This document shows, in pieces, positions 58,376-64,000 of a stretch of DNA of 64,000 nucleotides. Within the stretch, counting starts at the first letter, position 1. Each line of letters begins with the position of its first letter. The notes under the pieces were generated by a model that ran no database searches, was not told where the DNA came from, and was given only the letters and a program-made list of their open reading frames with translations. The stretch is from NCBI GenBank assembly GCA_964483785.1, contig CAZACW010000004.1, positions 6,794-70,793 on the forward strand, in the 5' to 3' direction. Position numbers and translations under genes: made by a program. The stretch comes from an uncultured Planctomycetales bacterium (GTDB taxonomy: Bacteria; Omnitrophota; Gorgyraeia; Zapsychrales; Fredricksoniimonadaceae).

Positions 58376-59340
58376 AGATCATCATCGAGATCACCGGCAA
58401 ATGCAGGCTCTTATGCCCTTATTGCACAGGCCCGCGGACCGCCGATGTTCCTTTGCGTGAGATCCAGGAAACCATGGATGAGGCCGGCCGTCTTGGGATC
58501 GGCGCCGTGCGCATCACCGGAGGGGAACCGCTGATCCATCCGGACATCCAAAAAATTTTGGCCTATGCCAAATCCAAAAAATTCAAGGTCCTTTTAAATA
58601 CCGCCGCTGAAAACATCAGCCCCTCCCTGATGAAGTCGATCATCGCCAATGTCGATATAGCCCTCATCTCTGTGCAGGGGCATGATGAGGCATCCAACCT
58701 TGCCTACACCCGCACGCGGCATCCCTTTCTGGATAAAATCAAGAACATATTCCTTTTAAAATCCTATCTGCCGACCCTGTGGCTCGCCACGGTCATCACG
58801 CCTCTCATGGCCGGGTCATTTAAAAAATTCATGCCGCTGGTCAAAACGATCAATCCAGCGGCATGGACCTTGCTGCGCCCGATCAGCGCCATGAATGACG
58901 ATTTAAAACAAATGGATGCGGGTTTTTACCGCCGCCTGTCGCTTCAGATCCTCAAGGCCCGCCGAGAACAGGTCAATGTTTTTATTGCGAACCCCATCCC
59001 CTTATGCTTGACGGGGAACTTGAATATAGGCCGGGAAATTTTTTTCGGCGCCAGTTTCGATGACGGCCATGTCCGCATCGTGCGCAGCGCACAAGGGTAT
59101 TTCAAGCCGAGCTATTTTGTAGAACGGGATTTGGGCCGCAGCATCCAGGAAGCTTGGGACCATCCCTTCTTGAAAGAACTTGACCGCACTGATTATCTGC
59201 CCCAGGAATGCCAACGCTGCCCGGTCCATGAGATTTGCCGCGGCGGCTGCAGGGCCATGGCCGAGAAGGCGTTCCAAACTGCCCTGGCGCCGGATCCTTT
59301 GTTCGATTCAAAGCTGGCCCAAAAAGCCCTGTCAAAATAA
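58351..59340 (+). CDS. Radical SAM/SPASM protein (PqqE-like)
   Basis: CRLLCPYC, TGGEPL and C-terminal CQRCPVHEICRGGC; an alternative start lies at 58297. Confidence 0.87.
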   Translation: MERPPLPLEIIIEITGKCRLLCPYCTGPRTADVPLREIQETMDEAGRLGIGAVRITGGEPLIHPDIQKILAYAKSKKFKVLLNTAAENISPSLMKSIIANVDIALISVQGHDEASNLAYTRTRHPFLDKIKNIFLLKSYLPTLWLATVITPLMAGSFKKFMPLVKTINPAAWTLLRPISAMNDDLKQMDAGFYRRLSLQILKARREQVNVFIANPIPLCLTGNLNIGREIFFGASFDDGHVRIVRSAQGYFKPSYFVERDLGRSIQEAWDHPFLKELDRTDYLPQECQRCPVHEICRGGCRAMAEKAFQTALAPDPLFDSKLAQKALSK

Positions 59341-59490
59341 AGCGTAAATGAACGGCGCGCTGGCTGAGCCCTGGGTCAAAACAATGATCAGCCCCATCAA
59401 GACCATGATCAAAACGATGGGCAGCAGCCATAACCGCTTTCTGACTGTTAAAAACTGCCAAAATTCTTTTAAAACACTTAATTTGGACAT
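59332..59490 (-). CDS. DUF5989/SxtK-like small membrane protein
   Basis: Not in the ORF track (52 aa): MSKLSVLKEFWQFLTVRKRLWLLPIV...QGSASAPFIYALF, the typical family signature. Confidence 0.85.
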   Translation of the reverse strand: MSKLSVLKEFWQFLTVRKRLWLLPIVLIMVLMGLIIVLTQGSASAPFIYALF

Positions 59491-59499
59491 TGATGGACC

Positions 59500-59769
59500 C
59501 TAAAATTGGTTTAAATACCGCTGCTTAACGTCGGACGATGCCTCAACCGGGCTCCAGTAAGAAGGCCTTCGATCATCCCAGGTTCTTTCCATAAAATCCT
59601 TGCCCCTAAGGCGAAGCAGGAGGGCTATGGGTGTCAACACCATCAAATATAGGATGGTCAGCAATACAAAACTGATTACCGCCTGCACCCATCCTGCCGC
59701 CTTGATTGCGGCATCCAAAATATATTTTAAGTCGCCCGAAAAATTTTCCTGAAATGGCCTTTTCATCAA
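59500..59769 (-). CDS. SxtJ-like membrane protein
   Basis: LLTILYLMVLTPIALLLRLRGKD...SYW...NQF, downstream of a carbamoyltransferase. Confidence 0.75.
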   Translation of the reverse strand: MMKRPFQENFSGDLKYILDAAIKAAGWVQAVISFVLLTILYLMVLTPIALLLRLRGKDFMERTWDDRRPSYWSPVEASSDVKQRYLNQF

Positions 59770-61520
59770 TCCAGCTCCACGGCGATTAACTCACGGTTAT
59801 AGCTCCCCTGGCCGGGCTGCTTTTGGCGGTCAAAAAGACACTGCCCCACCAAAAGATAATCCATTTCCGTGCTCATAAAACAGCGGTAACTGTCCAGGCT
59901 TGAGCAGACCACGGGTTCTCCCCTGACGTTAAATGAGGTGTTGATCAAAACAGCACAGCCTGTCAGTTGCTCAAAAGCTTTCAGGATGCTGTAAAAAAAC
60001 GGATGATCATGCTCATCCACGGTCTGGACCCTGGCGGAATGGTCCACATGGGTCACCGCCGGAATTTGCTCGCCCTTCACAGGGGCCGTCAAAAGCATGT
60101 AGGGACTCTCCTGTTGGAGGTCAAAATAATCCCGGCAGCGTTCCTTTAGCACCACCGGAGCAAACGGACGAAAAGGCTCCCGAAACTTGATCTTCAGGTT
60201 CAATTTCGCCGCCATCGCCTCATCGCGCGGGTCTGCGATGATGCTGCGCGACCCTAAGGCGCGGGGGCCGAATTCCATCCTGCCGCGGCAAATGCCCACC
60301 ACCTTCTGCTCATTAAGGAGGCCGGCTATTCTTTGCGGCAGCTTTTCTTCATCCACATGCTCATAGACCCAGCCGTTTTGATCGGCCATCGTTCGGATAT
60401 CCTCTTGCCGGGGCCCCAACAAAGACCCCTGCTGAAGATCGTGAACTCCGTCGGCAAAGCGGGGCCTCTCTAAAAAATGGTGCCAGGCCAGCATGGCGGC
60501 GCCCAGGGCGCCGCCGGCATCGCCGGAGGCCGGCTGGATCCAAATCTTTTCAAAACCGGCCTCCTTTAAAATTTTAGCATTGGCCACGCAATTAAGGGCC
60601 GCGCCTCCGGCCAAGCAGAGATTTTTTGCTCCAGTCAGCGCCCTGGCATGCCCGGCCATTTTCAGCATCACCTCCTCGGCGATCTCCTGGATGGAGCGCG
60701 CCACATCCATGTGAAACTGTTCAATCTTTTCTTCGGGCCGTCGCGCCGGGTTTCCCAAAAGCCCTTCGAAAGCGCTGTTGATCATGGTGAGCCCGCAGGG
60801 GAATCCAAAATATGTCACGTTCAGGCGAAAGGACCCGTCCTCCTTGATATCGATCAAATGCCGCCGGATCAAATCCGCATAGACAGGACGGCCGTAGGGT
60901 GCCAGGCCCATCAATTTATATTCCCCGGAATTGACGCGAAAACCGACGTAATAGGTGAAGGCCGAATACAAAAGTCCCAGCGAATGCGGAAATTTCATCT
61001 CTTGAAGCAAGGTCATTTTATTCCCCCGGCCCTCACCGATGCTGGCCGTTGTCCATTCTCCCACTCCGTCCAAGGTCAGGACCGCGGCCTCCTTAAAAGG
61101 AGACGGGAAAAACGCGGAGGCCGCGTGGGACTCATGGTGGAGAGGGAATAAAACCGGTTTGCGGACGCCCAAGGCGGAAAGGATTTCTTCTTTTAAAAAA
61201 ATCCTTTCTTTAAGCCAAAGAGGCATGGCTTTGACAAACGAGGACAACCCCAAGGGTGCAAAGGACAGGTAGGTCAGTAAAAGGCGTTCAAATTTTAAAA
61301 ACGGCTTTTCATAAAACGCCACATAATCGATTTCGTCCGTGCCGATGCCCGCTTCTTTCAGGCAGTAGTCAATCGCCCTTCGGCAAAAAGCGGCATCATG
61401 TTTTTTGCGGGAAAACCGCTCCTCCTGGGCCGCGGCCACAATAGCGCCGTCTTTAAGCAGACACGCGGCGCTGTCATGATAGTATGCGGAAATGCCTAAT
61501 ATATAAACAGGCTTAATCAT
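59766..61520 (-). CDS. Carbamoyltransferase (NodU/CmcH/SxtI family)
   Basis: YHDSAA, EERFSRKKH, HHESHAAS, GEYKLMGLAPYG, EFGPRALG and NTSFNVRGEP motifs. Confidence 0.94.
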   Translation of the reverse strand: MIKPVYILGISAYYHDSAACLLKDGAIVAAAQEERFSRKKHDAAFCRRAIDYCLKEAGIGTDEIDYVAFYEKPFLKFERLLLTYLSFAPLGLSSFVKAMPLWLKERIFLKEEILSALGVRKPVLFPLHHESHAASAFFPSPFKEAAVLTLDGVGEWTTASIGEGRGNKMTLLQEMKFPHSLGLLYSAFTYYVGFRVNSGEYKLMGLAPYGRPVYADLIRRHLIDIKEDGSFRLNVTYFGFPCGLTMINSAFEGLLGNPARRPEEKIEQFHMDVARSIQEIAEEVMLKMAGHARALTGAKNLCLAGGAALNCVANAKILKEAGFEKIWIQPASGDAGGALGAAMLAWHHFLERPRFADGVHDLQQGSLLGPRQEDIRTMADQNGWVYEHVDEEKLPQRIAGLLNEQKVVGICRGRMEFGPRALGSRSIIADPRDEAMAAKLNLKIKFREPFRPFAPVVLKERCRDYFDLQQESPYMLLTAPVKGEQIPAVTHVDHSARVQTVDEHDHPFFYSILKAFEQLTGCAVLINTSFNVRGEPVVCSSLDSYRCFMSTEMDYLLVGQCLFDRQKQPGQGSYNRELIAVELD

Positions 61521-62743
61521 GGCTTGGCATGATTCAGCTGTTGGACCAACACCTTGTCGAAAAATTCCCTGCCGCCAAACTCTGCCTTAAGCAGGGGCCT
61601 GCCCTGGGGCGGACTGGCAGCGGCTTTTTGAACAGCTGATTTTAAATGTGCGGCGGTCAATGCCTGGATGGGAATGATCTCGGCCCCGATCCTTTCTTTT
61701 AACAAGGCCGCGCGGGCAAGCTGCTCCTGGATTGATTTGTCCCCATAACCGGCAAAAGGGACCACGACGGATTTTTTATGATATTTCAGCAGCATCACCG
61801 AAGTGTGGTAGGAGGCCAGGGAAACGCAAACATCGCTTTGCGCGATCAAACCTTCATAGTCACGGACCGCTCTCATCAAAAGAAGATTATGGGTTTTCTT
61901 TTGGGCGGCCAGCTTAGTAAAATAACGCCATTCCTGTAAGGTGGTCGAGGGGCCTGCCACCCCCGTCCAAAAATACTCATTGCCCAAAAGCTCGCTGGCC
62001 CGGATCGCCTGCGCGATCACCTTAGGATAGACCGCCCCGCCCCCGCGCAGCACAGCCACCTTGCAGGCGCCCCGGGGAATGGATGGCCGGGCCACAGGGC
62101 CGCCTTCATCCTGACGGATGACATTCTGTTGAGGCAGCAGATAGCCTGCAAAGGTGATTTTGGAGGCATGCCGGTCAAAAAAATCCAGATAGGCCCGCCG
62201 GACAGAAAAAGGCAGCTGTCGGGCCATATATTCTTTTTCCGACGGCGGGGAAAAAATAATGATCCGTTGGTATAAACCCAGGATCTTCTCCCTCCATCCA
62301 TGGCTGGCTCCGGTCAATAACGGATAGCCGGCCACGGCCCACAACAAGGCCCCTTGGCGAAACGCTTGAACAAGCGGCGGAATCAGGCTGTGGCGGCATT
62401 CTTCATTGCCCAAGGGAAAAAACTCTGTCACAAACAAGTCCGGCTTGATACGCCTCAATAGGTCCAGGTGCATGCCACAGTTCATGAGCGCATCCGCCGG
62501 CGCCTTCGCAAGGAGATGTCTAAAATGCCGGCGGTCAGCCATGGGCCCTGGACTCGCCTGCACCCGTCCCCATTCCTGAAGGCGGGCCTTGACCTGCCGT
62601 CTGCCCCTTTGGATAAAAAAAAGATCCCCGCCAGGGAATCTTTTTTTAAAGACTTCGCTCATGGCCAAGACGCGGGACGTATGGCCTAAACTATCATAAT
62701 GGGAAAATGAAATGACCGCCCTGGGGCACAGATTACTGGCCAT
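61517..62743 (-). CDS. GT-B glycosyltransferase (paralogue of 41946-43157)
   Basis: LGHTSR, TEFFPLG and RGGGAVYPK, shared with the other GT; start set at MASNLC. Confidence 0.8.
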   Translation of the reverse strand: MASNLCPRAVISFSHYDSLGHTSRVLAMSEVFKKRFPGGDLFFIQRGRRQVKARLQEWGRVQASPGPMADRRHFRHLLAKAPADALMNCGMHLDLLRRIKPDLFVTEFFPLGNEECRHSLIPPLVQAFRQGALLWAVAGYPLLTGASHGWREKILGLYQRIIIFSPPSEKEYMARQLPFSVRRAYLDFFDRHASKITFAGYLLPQQNVIRQDEGGPVARPSIPRGACKVAVLRGGGAVYPKVIAQAIRASELLGNEYFWTGVAGPSTTLQEWRYFTKLAAQKKTHNLLLMRAVRDYEGLIAQSDVCVSLASYHTSVMLLKYHKKSVVVPFAGYGDKSIQEQLARAALLKERIGAEIIPIQALTAAHLKSAVQKAAASPPQGRPLLKAEFGGREFFDKVLVQQLNHAKP

Positions 62744-63488
62744 ATTGGGCCAGTGGACGGGGCGCTTTGGGGGCCTTGCAGGCATCGCGCATCTCGGCGT
62801 TGGCAATGCGCTGGCATTGTCCGTCCAGCCAGAACGTAAAATCCTTCTCTTCATCTGCGCGGGTCCTTTGGCTGGCTAATAGGCGGCAGCCGGACATGTC
62901 CATATACCAATTATCGTTCCAAGCGGGGCCGTAAGGGCCGACAAAATCCTTGATATATTTCTGGCAGGCACCGGCATTACCCGCAAAAGCATATGTAAAA
63001 GCTGTCCCTTCGACCCAGCCTGATTCACTGCAGTCGGTAAAAATCTTCATCATGTCTTTTCTGGTCCGCTCCCCGGGGGATTGGACCATATGGCACAACC
63101 CATTATTCCCGGCCTTGTGCTGAGCATCACTCATGGTCCCCCAAAAAGTCTTGAGGCATTCCATCGGCTGGCGGTCCCCTTGTGCGCTGCAGGCATTGGC
63201 AATACAGGACCAGGCCTTGACCCAGGCCTTTTCTTTCGCATCACTGTCGCAATTCCCCTGGCAGCCTCCCGCATTTCCCTTGGTCTTGTCAAAGGCGTCC
63301 AGATACAAATAATCTATGGGATTTCGATTCGGCTGATTTTGAGGAAGCAGGCTCATGGGCGGTGCGGCCGGGTCCTGATTGTTTTGCTGGGCCCATACGC
63401 TCTTGGCATCGGCCGTGGCCAAGGCCAGGCTTAAGACCAGCCATGAAATCTTTTTCAAATGACATCCGTTCACGGCAACCTCACGCAA
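62733..63488 (-). CDS. Exported cysteine-rich hypothetical protein
   Basis: Signal-peptide-like N-terminus and about 11 Cys in the mature part; sits between the precursor and the GT with tight spacing. Confidence 0.65.
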   Translation of the reverse strand: MREVAVNGCHLKKISWLVLSLALATADAKSVWAQQNNQDPAAPPMSLLPQNQPNRNPIDYLYLDAFDKTKGNAGGCQGNCDSDAKEKAWVKAWSCIANACSAQGDRQPMECLKTFWGTMSDAQHKAGNNGLCHMVQSPGERTRKDMMKIFTDCSESGWVEGTAFTYAFAGNAGACQKYIKDFVGPYGPAWNDNWYMDMSGCRLLASQRTRADEEKDFTFWLDGQCQRIANAEMRDACKAPKAPRPLAQYGQ

Positions 63489-63495
63489 TCAAACT

Positions 63496-63771
63496 TCAAT
63501 AAGAAGTGTGTGTGGCGACATTCGTATGGTTCACGCTCCCGCCCCCTAAGCCAAGGCAGGGCCCGCCGGCGCTGACGACATTGGTATGGGTTTGGGTGGA
63601 ACCGTTGTCCGCGATTGACCCCACCACGCCCAGCGCCGCGACCGTTGACAGCCCGACCTTCAGAATCGTCTCCTTACTGACAAAGCCGTCCTCATCCTTC
63701 ATCAACGCGCCCAGGCTCTTGGTCAGGGCCGGCTTCTTGGCGGCGGTCTTACCTTTGTTCTTCCTTTTCAT
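63496..63771 (-). CDS. Candidate RiPP precursor / pilin-like peptide with His-Xaa-Asn/Ser repeats
   Basis: AAGGAG RBS; 91 aa MKRKNKGK...LMKDEDGFVSKETILKVGLSTVAALGVVG...THTNVV...NHTNVATHTSY. Confidence 0.75.
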   Translation of the reverse strand: MKRKNKGKTAAKKPALTKSLGALMKDEDGFVSKETILKVGLSTVAALGVVGSIADNGSTQTHTNVVSAGGPCLGLGGGSVNHTNVATHTSY

Positions 63772-64000
63772 GAGGGACTCCTTGATTGGTAAAATCCTGA
63801 CGGGTCCAGCGATGAAACACCTGCGCATAGGAGGGGTTCTCCAGCAAATAGGCAAACACGGTCCGAAACTGGTGCTTCAAAATCTGCAGGGACCGCGCGC
63901 CGCCCTGAGGGATCACATTGCCTTCCACGGCGTAATTGACCACGGGATCATAGCCCATCCACGGGCTGTAAACACTGCGGTCATGCCACAGGTCCGAACA
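63749..64000 (-). CDS. C-terminal fragment of a probable HxsB-like radical SAM maturase (5' end outside window)
   Basis: CSDLWHDRSVYSPWMGYDPVVNYAVEGN...FRTVFAYLL...FHRW resembles, from recall, the YxPxxGxDPVxxY...G C-terminus of HxsB; only 83 aa are visible. Confidence 0.5.
   Translation of the reverse strand, partial: CSDLWHDRSVYSPWMGYDPVVNYAVEGNVIPQGGARSLQILKHQFRTVFAYLLENPSYAQVFHRWTRQDFTNQGVPHEKEEQR

Noticed and set aside
59332-61520. Saxitoxin biosynthesis (sxtIJK)
   Set aside because: The triad is widespread outside toxin clusters; no sxtA/sxtG-type core genes are seen.
63772-63855. N-terminal extension of the precursor ORF (119-aa version)
   Set aside because: It overlaps the upstream gene; the AAGGAG RBS points to the ATG at 63771.

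Overview
Bacterial genomic window, mostly minus-strand; a PVC-superphylum (possibly Omnitrophota) origin is an inference from gene content only. Positions 1-33.4 kb are housekeeping: mnmE, folC, purH, rpsU, a KamA plus Ddl-like pair, nth, era, glyA/nrdR/rpiB/tsaC, the purBCLQMD block, hemW and tatAC. Several palindromic REP/MITE-like repeats and a tiny transcription unit for a 15-aa Lys-rich peptide are interspersed. After a tail-fibre-like S74 protein, 35.3-64 kb is a biosynthetic cluster of at least 28 kb that runs off the right edge. It holds ten complete radical SAM genes plus a truncated HxsB-like one, two glycosyltransferases, a DegT aminotransferase, an SxtIJK-like carbamoyltransferase triad, two MBOAT/SGNH modules, two atypical APH-fold kinases, two adenylating enzymes and an A24 prepilin peptidase. 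It also holds a 91-aa candidate precursor combining a Flp-pilin-like cleavage site (KDEDG|FVSKE) with a His-Xaa-Asn/Ser repeat tail. The best candidate for an undescribed system is this pilin-like RiPP / hypermodified surface-peptide pathway. No rRNA, tRNA, CRISPR array or transposase was recognised.
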